64,000 bases of DNA from a virus (lineage: Duplodnaviria > Caudoviricetes), in IMG/VR virus record IMGVR_UViG_3300009101_000006, positions 3,247 through 67,246 of that record, one strand, 5' to 3'. Shown here piece after piece: positions 1 through 9,124 of the stretch (its first letter is position 1; the number at the start of each line of letters is the position of its first letter). A program made the position numbers and the translations under genes. The notes beneath the pieces are model-generated. The model did not search any database, had not been told where the DNA came from, and saw only the letters and a program-made list of their open reading frames with translations.

Positions 1-218
1 TCCTTGCCGTTGGCCGACGCCACGGTCGCCGGCCGGAACACCTCCTCCGGTCGACGCTCGATGTAGACGAGGCCGTCCGGGCCGCCCGGAATCGGTGTCT
101 CGTCCGGCCCGTACAGCATAGTGCCCGTGCGCGCGAGCGGCACGCCCTCGATCAGCAGGAAGCCCTCCGGCGTGCGGCTCCTGCGACCAGAGATCTTCTC
201 CGTGGTGTAGAAGTGCAT
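1..218 (-). CDS. DUF2213-family prohead protease/scaffold, N-terminal part (truncated by window edge)
   Basis: Manual translation from ATG at 218: MHFYTTEKISGRRSRTPEGFLLIEGVPLARTGTMLYGPDE...ERRPEEVFRPATVASANGK, typical DUF2213 N-terminus; lies downstream of MuF/portal. Confidence 0.85.
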   Translation of the reverse strand, partial: MHFYTTEKISGRRSRTPEGFLLIEGVPLARTGTMLYGPDETPIPGGPDGLVYIERRPEEVFRPATVASANGK

Positions 219-235
219 CTGAGAGCCACTGTTGA

Positions 236-604
236 TCATTGGTAATTCACCGTGATGTCATTGGTGCCGCTCTTCACGACGGTCAGTCCAGTGTTGAACG
301 TCGCGTCGTACACGTAGCACCCCGTTGGGGACGACGTGGTGAGCGCGAGCGTGGCGATCTTGGTGCCGGAAGCTGCCGTGTTGTCGTAGATTGTGACGGT
401 GTCCGAGCCCGACGGATTGTTGACGCACACGCTGTGAAGAACACCCTGAGAGCTCTTGAGCACGGATGTCGCAGCCGTGGTCAGGTTGCGATACGCGTTG
501 CCGCCAAGAACTCGCAGCGGAGTAACTGCCGCGAGCGAGAGCGACGCGAATCCGAACAGAAGACCAATCCCCAGGACTGTCGAGACGGGAAAGCGGCGGA
601 ACAC
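236..604 (-). CDS. Small signal-peptide protein in head module (decoration-like, beta-rich, 2 Cys)
   Basis: GTG at 604 with GGAG upstream; MFRRFPVSTVLGIGLLFGFASLSLAA then Thr/Ser-rich beta sequence; C-terminal part of track ORF 236..1039. Confidence 0.7.
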   Translation of the reverse strand: MFRRFPVSTVLGIGLLFGFASLSLAAVTPLRVLGGNAYRNLTTAATSVLKSSQGVLHSVCVNNPSGSDTVTIYDNTAASGTKIATLALTTSSPTGCYVYDATFNTGLTVVKSGTNDITVNYQ

Positions 605-606
605 GA

Positions 607-1215
607 CTACTGCTCCGTCCACTCGAACGTGGCGCTGAGCGAGGCGGCCGCAGTGCTCAGCGCGTTCGGGAAGTTCAGGCACGCCGACTGCGCCACGCCA
701 CGCAGAGTCAACTGCTGATTCAGCTGATTCTGAGGATTGAACGCGCGCTCGTAGACCGTGGTCGCGGTCGTGGTCGCCAGGAGATTGATCACGTCCGACC
801 CGATGGTGACGCCCGTTCCAGGAGTCGGAACCACCGTGTAGGCGTTCATGACGGCAGTCGCGCCGCCATTGTTCAGCGTGCTGTCGAACGAGCCGATCGA
901 CGGCTGAGTCGAGGTGCCCCCGGAATTCGCGGTCGTGCGCTTGACCAGATTCATCACTGCCGACTGCGCCGTGGCGTCGGTGCCCGACAGACGAATCTTG
1001 GTGATGCGGATGGTCTTGGTCGCCGATCCGACCAGACACGCAGCGTCACCAGCTCCGGTCTGCGGGAAGGTGAAGGTGGCACCCGCCGAGAACGTCGGAC
1101 GCTGAAGAACCGGCGAGCCGTACGACGGAGTCTGCGCGAGGGCGGGGGGCACGACGCTCGCCGAGACCAGGGCGGTCGTGACCAGCGCGATCAGAGCGGT
1201 CTTGTGAAGCTTCAT
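607..1215 (-). CDS. Signal-peptide protein in head module (202 aa, beta-rich, 2 Cys)
   Basis: MKLHKTALIALVTTALVSASVVPPALA|Q resembles a Sec signal; tight spacing with neighbours. Confidence 0.8.
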   Translation of the reverse strand: MKLHKTALIALVTTALVSASVVPPALAQTPSYGSPVLQRPTFSAGATFTFPQTGAGDAACLVGSATKTIRITKIRLSGTDATAQSAVMNLVKRTTANSGGTSTQPSIGSFDSTLNNGGATAVMNAYTVVPTPGTGVTIGSDVINLLATTTATTVYERAFNPQNQLNQQLTLRGVAQSACLNFPNALSTAAASLSATFEWTEQ

Positions 1216-1227
1216 AGTTCGTATCTC

Positions 1228-2064
1228 CTACTGGATGTGATCCGGCAGAACCGGTTCGGGGTAGCAACGACAGTTCGGCAGTTGTCCCGCGTGACCGGAC
1301 ATGCCGTCGGTGACCGGTGGCTTGTCCCACCGGATGAACTTGCCGGACAGTTTCTTGTGTGACTTGCGCACGTCGCCGTCCTCCGCCGTGCGCCATATGT
1401 ATCCCTCCGAGCCGATGTATGTAGCTCGCGCCTGGACGAGACCGCTCGCGGCGCGAGCAGTCTCGGTTCTCGCAATCAGCACGGCGCGCGACTTGGTGAC
1501 GTGCCCACTGCGCTGGATCTCCGCCGCGATCTCCGAGTAGCGTCGCCCACCGGACTTCGCCTCCAGAACGAGCTTGTGCACGCGCTCCGCCGCCCTCGTC
1601 GGTATCGAAGTGATGAGCGTGACCTGCTCGTCGAGCAGACGACGCAGAGCCTCTCCAGTCGGAGCAGAAGCGATCTCGAACTTCATGCCCGCGCCCATCT
1701 CGCCGGACATCGCCTTCCACACGGCCATGTCGCGCCTCGAGACGTCGGCCAGCATGCGCGCGCCCACGGCCTTCGCCCACGGACGCAGGAGATCCGAGTA
1801 GGCGCGCATGGCCCGCTCCACGACGGCCGGATCTGGGACTCCGCCCTTCGGCGTGAGCCCAGCGATGATGTCGCCGACCTGCTTCGCAACCTGCTTGAGC
1901 TGGCGCGCGTACTTCGCCTCGGACTTCTTGGCGCTGTTGAACGCGGCTCGCTGCTTCGGTGTCTCGCGGACTCGCTTCCGGTCGCCCGTGCGCTGCGCAC
2001 CGACGACGGGATCGTAGCCCTGGCCGAACGTCTGGAAGCCGACGAAACCGCGATGCGGGTTCAC
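1228..2064 (-). CDS. Head morphogenesis protein, MuF/SPP1 gp7 family
   Basis: RAVLIARTETARA, YIWRTAEDGDVRKSH and GHAGQLPNCRCYPEPV motifs. Confidence 0.92.
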   Translation of the reverse strand: MNPHRGFVGFQTFGQGYDPVVGAQRTGDRKRVRETPKQRAAFNSAKKSEAKYARQLKQVAKQVGDIIAGLTPKGGVPDPAVVERAMRAYSDLLRPWAKAVGARMLADVSRRDMAVWKAMSGEMGAGMKFEIASAPTGEALRRLLDEQVTLITSIPTRAAERVHKLVLEAKSGGRRYSEIAAEIQRSGHVTKSRAVLIARTETARAASGLVQARATYIGSEGYIWRTAEDGDVRKSHKKLSGKFIRWDKPPVTDGMSGHAGQLPNCRCYPEPVLPDHIQ

Positions 2065-3038
2065 GGGCGACGGTCCGCTTCTCGTTCCATCTGTTGTTCG
2101 GCTATCGCGCGCTTGCTGAACGTGGCGTCAAAGCCGCGTGGGCCAAGGACGCGCCAGTCTCCACCATTTGGTCCAGTACCTTCAAGAAGTCTGTATCGTC
2201 CGTCGCGTTTCACTTCGTTCCACGCGTCACCCGTCTGCTCGCGGATGCCGCCGCGCGTGCGTTCGATCAGATCGGAGAGATTGTCGCAAATCTCTTCCTT
2301 CATGATCGTGTCTCGGAAGATGGAGCCGAGACTATCACCCATCAGCTTGTGCATCGCGGCGTGCTCCTCGATGTCAGCCGGATCGACGGCCAGCACGGAG
2401 CCCTGGTTGATCAGGTGATCGCGAAAGATGCTCGAGAACTTGTCGCCAGTCATCTTCTTCATGATCGCCTCCGCGCGAGTCTGGTACGGGCCGTGGACGC
2501 TGCCACCGATGTCGCAGTAGAACTTCCCGTCCTTCTCATAGACGTGGAAGTAGCTGTCCTCGTTTCTCATGACCTTCATAGAGAGAACCATCTCGAGAAT
2601 CTCGCGCCATTTCTTGCGCGGATTCTTGGTGAGCCACGACCTGATCTCTGCCTGAGTCATGTCGCGCGCTGCCTTGGTGCCCCACGGCGGAAGCTCCTGA
2701 GTCTTCGGTGCAGGTGCAGGCTTCGCAGCGACAGGTTTCTCCGCTACTCTGCGCTCCACGTAGTTCTCGCACGCCTTGCACTTGCGTCCGAGAGTCCTGT
2801 CGAACTCTGCGCGTCCCAGCGTGATGTACGCGTCGCGACGACCACAGACCGGTTGGCTACCAGGACCAGATTTTCCCAGATGAAGAATGCCGGAGTTCGC
2901 GTTGCCGCGAGTCTCCGCGTCGCCTCTCGCCCTGCTCAGCGCGATGGCGATCGCCTGCTTCTGCGGCTTGCCCGCCTCGATCTCTTTCTTAATGTTGTGC
3001 GAGATGACGGCCCGCGACGACCCGGACTGAAGCGGCAT
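2061..3038 (-). CDS. Modular head-associated protein with MPLxSG...KPQKQAIAIALS N-terminal module
   Basis: N-terminal motif is common in small head-module phage proteins; here it is extended to 325 aa with a Zn-finger-like segment and small modules. Confidence 0.7.
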   Translation of the reverse strand: MPLQSGSSRAVISHNIKKEIEAGKPQKQAIAIALSRARGDAETRGNANSGILHLGKSGPGSQPVCGRRDAYITLGRAEFDRTLGRKCKACENYVERRVAEKPVAAKPAPAPKTQELPPWGTKAARDMTQAEIRSWLTKNPRKKWREILEMVLSMKVMRNEDSYFHVYEKDGKFYCDIGGSVHGPYQTRAEAIMKKMTGDKFSSIFRDHLINQGSVLAVDPADIEEHAAMHKLMGDSLGSIFRDTIMKEEICDNLSDLIERTRGGIREQTGDAWNEVKRDGRYRLLEGTGPNGGDWRVLGPRGFDATFSKRAIAEQQMEREADRRP

Positions 3039-3434
3039 CTAACCCTCCGGTCCCGGCATGAAGCAGCGGATCCAGACGAATCCCCTGTGGTCACGGACCG
3101 GCCACACGTACGCGCGTCCGGCTAGATTCGGCGGAGGAACCACCGTGTCCGGCGGAACGTCCATCCATTTCCCGTCGACACGAACTGCGTAGTGGTCGCC
3201 GATCGTTTTCCAGTCTGGATCTTCGAGAGCCTGTCCGTCCGCATCCGAACAGCACGGCGACTTGGACTTGGACTGGAGCGATTCGAACCAACCGTGCAGC
3301 GGGGAGCCCGCGTATCTGCCGTCCACGTCGCGGGCTCGCGCCATCGTTGCGATCGCGGCGAGCAGAGCGCAGATCAGGAGAACTGTCCCGAGCGACTGCA
3401 TCGCACGAAGCAGACATCTGTCAAATCGTCTCAC
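3039..3434 (-). CDS. Secreted-type hypothetical protein (CCSDAD...RCF)
   Basis: Hydrophobic N-terminus ending ARA; resembles hypothetical proteins I associate with Bradyrhizobium-group bacteria (from memory, unverified). Confidence 0.7.
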   Translation of the reverse strand: MRRFDRCLLRAMQSLGTVLLICALLAAIATMARARDVDGRYAGSPLHGWFESLQSKSKSPCCSDADGQALEDPDWKTIGDHYAVRVDGKWMDVPPDTVVPPPNLAGRAYVWPVRDHRGFVWIRCFMPGPEG

Positions 3435-3436
3435 AT

Positions 3437-5452
3437 CTATGCTCCATTGGCGTGAAGCCTGAGATTCTTCTCACCGAGCGGGAGATTCACGTCGCCGGTC
3501 TGGTACCACGCCTGAAGCTCCGGCGACGACATGGTCGTGACTGCGCCCGCCCGCCTGCCATCGTTGTAGGCCGAGTGATAACAGGTGAGCGCGTCCTGCG
3601 CAGACTCGAAGCCCAGCATCACCTTGTGTTCGTCGAACTCGCCAAGCGGAGTGTATCCATCGATCACGTGAACCGGGCAGTCGACCGATCGCACGGGACC
3701 AACGAAGCAGTCCAGCCACTCGGTCGGTCCCTCGGCGGACGGCGCCCTGCGAATGTATCCGTAGTCCGCGGGCATGACCGACTCCCACGGTCCATTCTCT
3801 CCGACGCCCCGACGGATGCTGCCGCGCACCGTCTCGATTGCAATCGGAAGTCCGCAGACCTCTGACACGGGCAGGGCGTCGCGCACCGGAATGTGCTGCG
3901 CCCCCCACTTGGCGCGATAGAAACGAATTCGTTTCCTGTACTCGCTGTCTCGCGATGTCATGTCCTTCGGATCGTTTCGGCTCTCGTCGTCGGCCTTGTT
4001 GCCGATCGTCTCTGCGCGATCCTTCATCGCGTCGGTCTCCTGAGCGATGGCCTCCTCGCCTCTCGGCGGAAGGTCCTCGCTCGCCTCCTCGATCTCCTCG
4101 TCCGTGATGTTGGTGAAGCGGCCGGTCACCTTGGACTGCTGCTTCAACTCCTTCATCGCGGTCTGCTGACTGATCAGACCACGCTCCTCGGCCTGGGAGA
4201 TCGTCGTGGTGTCGCGGTTGGCGACCTCGGACTTCTGCTCCTCGGACAACTGCCAGAGCGGACGGAACACAACCTGATAGTCGTCCGGGATCTTCCATCC
4301 GCCGGACAGCGCGGCGGCCCGGACCATGACGGTCATCGGCATGAGCAGGTATCTCGTCTGCTGCTGCGCGATGCCATCGTAGTACGTGCGCAGATCGCTC
4401 TCTCCCGTGGAGTTGAGCCCGGCCGGACTCTGCCCGAACAGACGAACGAGAGGAATCTGCGTGGCACCCGAGATCTGCTGACCGAGCTGAAGGATGATCT
4501 CGGACATCCCGGTCATGTTCCCGCCCGTGTTCGGGATGAACTCGTCTTTCCCATCGAGAAGCGTGACGCCCTCGATCCCCTGGAACTGGCGCATGAACTC
4601 GATCGACGCGACAAGCGCGTTCAGTGCGTCGCCGCCAGCCGCGATCAGCTCGCGAAGTCCCTCGATCTTGACTGTCCGGATGAAACTCTTGTAGGCGAGC
4701 TGACTCGCGCCCTGCGTCGCGCTGTCGAACGCCACCATCCGGTCGTAGAGTCTCTCGATCACCGAGATGCCCCACAGATTCTCGGACACTCGCTGCCAGT
4801 ACGGAAGACGAACGCCGTCGAATCTGATGATTCGTGTGTAGTGAATCTGCTTCATGCGGAGTCCGGGGACGTCGGACGTCACCCGATAGAACTTCGGCAT
4901 GCCGAAGTAGGGTCCGGCCTCTGCGACAAGATCGTTGAGACTCGGGTCAACCATCCAGCGATCGATGGCGTAGACCCCGCGGAACTGACCCTTGCCGATT
5001 CGATCCGGGTCGAGCGGCGTGGAGTAGTCCTGCCCGTCGATCATGATCACGCCGATCGAGCCGCCGTACAGTCGGCTCCAGGCGACCGTGTCGCGCACGC
5101 CGTCCCAGGCGCCCATTCGCTGAAGATCGTTCTGGACGCCCTCGATGTCCTTCGGATCTGCGTCGCACGTGATGTCGATGCCCGCGCGCACCATGTCGTC
5201 CGCGACCAGATCGACGACCATGCCCCCGAGCCACGATCCACGATGGATCCACTCGAGAAGCTGGCGGTTGCGCGTGATGGGGTTGAATCCGTACGTGCTC
5301 CCGGCGAGCGCGTTGTTCGTCCCCATGCCCAGATTGAGCCCGAAGTTCTGGTAGCTGTCGCGCGTCTTCCCGCCCGAAGAGGCGGGGGGTCGCAAGAACG
5401 CTTTCTGCTCGCGGGCGACACGAGCCTGGGTCTTCTTGGTGATGCGCGCCAC
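3437..5452 (-). CDS. Portal protein (DUF1073 type) with C-terminal inorganic-pyrophosphatase-like domain
   Basis: Follows terminase; AWSRLYGGS and IPLVRLFGQSPAGLNSTGESDLRTYYD DUF1073 motifs; C-terminal IAIE...DYGYI...LDCFVG...FDEHKVMLGF. Confidence 0.9.
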   Translation of the reverse strand: MARITKKTQARVAREQKAFLRPPASSGGKTRDSYQNFGLNLGMGTNNALAGSTYGFNPITRNRQLLEWIHRGSWLGGMVVDLVADDMVRAGIDITCDADPKDIEGVQNDLQRMGAWDGVRDTVAWSRLYGGSIGVIMIDGQDYSTPLDPDRIGKGQFRGVYAIDRWMVDPSLNDLVAEAGPYFGMPKFYRVTSDVPGLRMKQIHYTRIIRFDGVRLPYWQRVSENLWGISVIERLYDRMVAFDSATQGASQLAYKSFIRTVKIEGLRELIAAGGDALNALVASIEFMRQFQGIEGVTLLDGKDEFIPNTGGNMTGMSEIILQLGQQISGATQIPLVRLFGQSPAGLNSTGESDLRTYYDGIAQQQTRYLLMPMTVMVRAAALSGGWKIPDDYQVVFRPLWQLSEEQKSEVANRDTTTISQAEERGLISQQTAMKELKQQSKVTGRFTNITDEEIEEASEDLPPRGEEAIAQETDAMKDRAETIGNKADDESRNDPKDMTSRDSEYRKRIRFYRAKWGAQHIPVRDALPVSEVCGLPIAIETVRGSIRRGVGENGPWESVMPADYGYIRRAPSAEGPTEWLDCFVGPVRSVDCPVHVIDGYTPLGEFDEHKVMLGFESAQDALTCYHSAYNDGRRAGAVTTMSSPELQAWYQTGDVNLPLGEKNLRLHANGA

Positions 5453-5455
5453 GCG

Positions 5456-5788
5456 CTATTCCCCGCTCTGCATCGCGGCCGTGTTGCGAGCCGCCTCGGC
5501 GAGCTGAGCCTGGAGCTCGGCCTTGGACGGAGTTCGGTACGAGCTGCGACCGATAGTCACCGCGGTCGACAGAGTCCCGGCCATGATCCGCCCGGCCTTC
5601 ACGTAGGTCTTTCCGGGAGACGGCTTGCTCTCGTCGTCGAGCACGCTGAGGATCAACCGATCTCGGATCACGGTCTCGACGATTCTGCGAACGATCTTCG
5701 AGACACTCGTCCGCCGGATGCTCGCGCTGTTCTCGAGATAGTTGACATCCTCTTCGGTGATGTCCGCCTTGAACGTGAACTGTTTCAT
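5456..5788 (-). CDS. Hypothetical protein, possible ribbon-helix-helix DNA-binding N-terminus
   Basis: ATG at 5788 overlaps the TerL stop (TAATG); strand-helix-helix pattern MKQFTFKADITEEDVNYLENSASIRRTSVSKIVRRIV. Confidence 0.55.
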   Translation of the reverse strand: MKQFTFKADITEEDVNYLENSASIRRTSVSKIVRRIVETVIRDRLILSVLDDESKPSPGKTYVKAGRIMAGTLSTAVTIGRSSYRTPSKAELQAQLAEAARNTAAMQSGE

Positions 5789-7506
5789 TAACTTCCTCTC
5801 TGTCCTAGAGTGGCGATCCACCGCTCGACTACTCCCGCCGGAGCCTCGGTCAGCACCAGGGCGTCCGCGTGGTCTGGCGAGGCGATGCCATTCTTCTTCA
5901 TGTCCTTCTTGCTCTGCATGATCGCCTTGCCGACCTCGTTGGTCTCCACCTTGACGGTGGATAGCTGAGCACAGAGCGTCGTGACCGCCGGACATCCCTT
6001 CTCCGACGGAAGTATGATACATTCCTCGATCGGCCAGTCGTTGGCCTCCGGGTTGTCGCGATCACCGTCGATCCAGATCATCTTCTGCCAGGACTTGCGG
6101 AAGCGCTCTGCGATCTTCTTCCAGAGCTCGGCCTTCAGATTGGCAAACTTCTCTTCGCTGGTTTCGCCGTCCGGCCACTTCGTCTCCGTCGGTCTCTGAC
6201 CGACGTTCACGCCATTGATCGCGACACCGTTCAGGGTCTTGCGCTTGAACGCGTCCTGCGTTCCCTTGCCGACACCGACGTTGTCGTAGTTGATGACCTT
6301 TATCTCGCAGACAAAGCCATCTTCCCGCTCGAATCGCTGCGCCTTCGCGTAGTCGATGATGTCCGTCGCGGTCTGGATCGTGTCGCCGTGTCCCCAGTTC
6401 CGCGGCGGCATGACGAGCGCGCCGTATCTGGCGATGGCGACCGACTTGCCCTCGCCTCCGCCGCCGACGTCCGCGCCGACCACGCCGCGCACGGGCGGCG
6501 TGTAGTGCACGTGAAGCCTGAGCTTCTTGGCCGCCTCGACCCAGTGGCCAGGAATGCAGATGCCCTCGACGGACGCCGCGTAGTCGATGTCGTACTCGGA
6601 AGCGAACTTCCAGGGCTCCATCTTCCGGCGAGTGGCTTTCTCCCAGGACACCACTTCTCCGGTGTCCTCGTCCCGGACAGTGCCGTTCGCCTTGCGCGGA
6701 TCGTCGCTCCAGTGGAACCTGAACTTCTGGTTCTCCTTGAGCCGGTCGTCGGCCTGCATCCTGTAGAACAGGTTGTTCATGCCGTTGACCGTCGATCCGA
6801 AGATGCGACAGTCGGAGTTCGCCGTGGACGCGGCGTCCACGCTGTCCGCGCGCTCGACGAACGCGAACTCGTCGAAGAAATAGTCCCTCGAACGACCACC
6901 GCGACCCATGTCGTCTCCGGACTCGCCGCGGATGGTGCTGTCCATGTCCTCGTTGATGAGGAGCGAGGAGTTGTCCCTGTAAGAACTCGGCTGCATCCAG
7001 TGCGGGAGCCGCCGCTTCATCATTCGTATTTTCTCGAAGATCGAGTCCGGATCCCCCAGACGATCGACGTACTCGGACTTGCGACTGCCGAAGTTCGCCT
7101 TGTATCCCGGCACGTACAGCCAATGATGAAGCGCGTACCCGCCGCACACCCACGTGAACCCGATATCGCGGGACTTCGCGCAGTGTCCGTCCTCGTTGCG
7201 CTCGCTTCGCTCCCGGATCCACCGGACCAGTTCCTCCTGCTTGGGGAACAGATCCATCGGGAGCCAGCCGTCCATCTTGGTTCCGTCGGAATCGACCTTT
7301 CCGACGAGCTTCGGATTGTACGTCCAGACCCACTGATTGAACCAGTAGACTTCGTCCCTGCGACAGAGCTCTAGCTCGATCGCCCTCAGAAGTCGGAGAC
7401 GCTCGTGCGCCTCCGGTGAGGCGTCGTCAGGCAGATCCCTGAGTTCGAGAGCCTTCCGTAATCGTCGCAGAAGCGATTGTCGCGTGGTAGAGGGCTCTGA
7501 GGTCAT
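5788..7506 (-). CDS. terL: Terminase large subunit
   Basis: AKSRDIGFTW Walker-A-like, YFFDEFAF Walker B, GADVGGGG and SPDHADAL nuclease motifs; directly upstream of portal. Confidence 0.92.
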   Translation of the reverse strand: MTSEPSTTRQSLLRRLRKALELRDLPDDASPEAHERLRLLRAIELELCRRDEVYWFNQWVWTYNPKLVGKVDSDGTKMDGWLPMDLFPKQEELVRWIRERSERNEDGHCAKSRDIGFTWVCGGYALHHWLYVPGYKANFGSRKSEYVDRLGDPDSIFEKIRMMKRRLPHWMQPSSYRDNSSLLINEDMDSTIRGESGDDMGRGGRSRDYFFDEFAFVERADSVDAASTANSDCRIFGSTVNGMNNLFYRMQADDRLKENQKFRFHWSDDPRKANGTVRDEDTGEVVSWEKATRRKMEPWKFASEYDIDYAASVEGICIPGHWVEAAKKLRLHVHYTPPVRGVVGADVGGGGEGKSVAIARYGALVMPPRNWGHGDTIQTATDIIDYAKAQRFEREDGFVCEIKVINYDNVGVGKGTQDAFKRKTLNGVAINGVNVGQRPTETKWPDGETSEEKFANLKAELWKKIAERFRKSWQKMIWIDGDRDNPEANDWPIEECIILPSEKGCPAVTTLCAQLSTVKVETNEVGKAIMQSKKDMKKNGIASPDHADALVLTEAPAGVVERWIATLGQRGS

Positions 7507-7885
7507 CCTGCGGGAGGTCCTTGATCTTGGCATGGACCGCAGTGATGCGCGCCGCTTCCTCCGGTGTCTGCGCCGAGTCTTCGAGGTCCTGCGGACGGAA
7601 CTGAACCGTCTGGATCGCGAGGCCCTCGACCCGATCCATGATCATCTTGATTGCTGTCGTGTCGCCGTTCATGGCGAGCGTGCAGAGCGTGTCTACGACG
7701 AAGTCGACTCGCTTGCGCTGAAGACGCGCTTTCTTCGATTCTGTTCTGCCACGAACCGAGTCGTCTCGCGGATCGACGATCTCTTCGAGCAGATGCTTGA
7801 TCAGCGCGATCGTTATGAATCTGGGCTTGGCTCGAACGGCCACCGTGCGAGCGCTGACCTGACGATCTCGTACTCTCGCTGCCAT
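7427..7885 (-). CDS. Putative terminase small subunit
   Basis: Immediately upstream of TerL; helical protein with AMNGDTTAIKMIMDRVEG motif typical of small phage packaging proteins. Confidence 0.65.
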   Translation of the reverse strand: MAARVRDRQVSARTVAVRAKPRFITIALIKHLLEEIVDPRDDSVRGRTESKKARLQRKRVDFVVDTLCTLAMNGDTTAIKMIMDRVEGLAIQTVQFRPQDLEDSAQTPEEAARITAVHAKIKDLPQDDLRALYHATIASATITEGSRTQGSA

Positions 7886-7920
7886 ATGCGATTGGAATCC
7901 CTGTTGATTACTTGGAATTT

Positions 7921-7966
7921 TGGCAGGCTCCGCACTTCGGATGTCCCGAACGCGATCTTCCTGCCA
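7921..7966 (-). promoter_or_regulatory. Stem-loop in leader between NusG paralogue and terminase operon
   Basis: Outer stem TGGCAGG/CCTGCCA enclosing inner stem TTCGG/CCGAA. Confidence 0.45.
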
Positions 7967-7984
7967 GCTCTGGCGACCCGGAGC

Positions 7985-8506
7985 TCAGTGCTCTCCGGAC
8001 CAACGACCTTCGAACCGAAGTTGATATCGGTCCATGGCGACTACGATCTCACGCTTCATCAGTCGGTACAGAACGTTCCCCCGACGCGACGACCCGACCT
8101 CGTCCCCGACGTACTCGCCGAGCTGCGAGGAGAACGCGCTTCCGGTTGCCCGAACGGCGTCGCCGAGAGAGAAGGCGGGGGGATCCTCGCTGGCCAGATG
8201 AACGTAGCCGTCCGACTGAACCAGACACAGAAGGTGATCCACCTCGTGGTTCTGCGCCGAGCCCAGAATGGACGCGACGCCCTTGCACGATCGAATCTGT
8301 GGGAGAAGTTCTGCGGACGACCTGACGAGCAGATATCCCTCGAGAAGCGGAAGCGCGAGCCTTTCACCAGAACGATTCGGTGCAGCCCGATAGTACAGAT
8401 ACGGACACTCGACTCCGGAGATCTCCAGAACCGACCGACGCGCCGTCCCCTCGAGCTTGTGCCCGGTGACCAGAACCGTCCAGTTCCTGCGTATTCGCTT
8501 CGCCAT
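7985..8506 (-). CDS. NusG/RfaH-like transcription antiterminator (NGN + KOW)
   Basis: WTVLVT...PLLEGYLLV...IRSCKGVASILG NGN pattern; FSLGDAVRATGSAFSSQLGEYVG KOW pattern. Confidence 0.8.
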   Translation of the reverse strand: MAKRIRRNWTVLVTGHKLEGTARRSVLEISGVECPYLYYRAAPNRSGERLALPLLEGYLLVRSSAELLPQIRSCKGVASILGSAQNHEVDHLLCLVQSDGYVHLASEDPPAFSLGDAVRATGSAFSSQLGEYVGDEVGSSRRGNVLYRLMKREIVVAMDRYQLRFEGRWSGEH

Positions 8507-8558
8507 GGGGCAATGCCAGTAGCACGCCCGCCCACCCGTGGCAATCCCCGCCAGCCCG

Positions 8559-8601
8559 ATTATTGGTTTATCAGATTTTCCTACGCGCGCGTACGTGAGG
8601 A
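8559..8601. repeat. 43-bp element, copy 1 (direct repeat of 42261-42304)
   Basis: ATTATTGGTTTATCAGATTTTCCTACGCGCGCGTACGTGAGGA is identical to copy 2 except for one C indel. Confidence 0.95.
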
Positions 8602-8780
8602 CAGAAGGTGACCACGCGCGCGAGCAAATTTTCCAATAAACCGATATCACGCTTACGCTACAAGGGGTTAGCACCCCCCGATGCCCTCGAACTTATTGAT
8701 AATCGCTCCTGAACCAGCTCCAAAACTCCAATCCCGCTCACCTCTGGTTGTGTACAATCGCTCCCACGCCGACCCTTTCG

Positions 8781-8885
8781 GGATCCAAACCTGAGCAAAT
8801 TTGTTCCAAACCTGAGCTGTTCGGATCCAAAACAGAATAATCCCGTCCCAAAACTGATAATCCCATTTCCAAAAACCAATAATGC
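8781..8885. repeat. Five degenerate 21-bp tandem repeats (iteron-like)
   Basis: CCAAA core at 8785, 8806, 8827, 8848 and 8869, an exact 21-bp period; AT-rich relative to the genome. Confidence 0.85.
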
Positions 8886-9124
8886 CGCCACTCCAGCGGG
8901 GAGCTAACTGGACCCCAACTCGGAATCAAATTCCCTTCTCGTGCTACCAGTAGCAGCCAAATTCTGCTTGCGTTCGAGTGCAGGCGGCGCAACACTGCGG
9001 CGCGGTTGAGCCCCACGACTGCGCCGGACCCGCAGTTCCCTGTTCCAGGTTTGGCTCACTAAGTCGTCCCGGCGAACCGCAGGTTTGGGGAAGTCCAGAA
9101 GATACTCGCACGGAGAGAATCCAC

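Noticed and set aside
3437-5452. DUF1073 proteins are sometimes labelled anti-CBASS Acb1
   Set aside because: Size, position after TerL and motifs indicate a portal; no 2H phosphoesterase HxT motifs were recognised.
8781-8885. Possible CRISPR mini-array
   Set aside because: Repeats are contiguous and degenerate with no unique spacers, and there are no cas genes.
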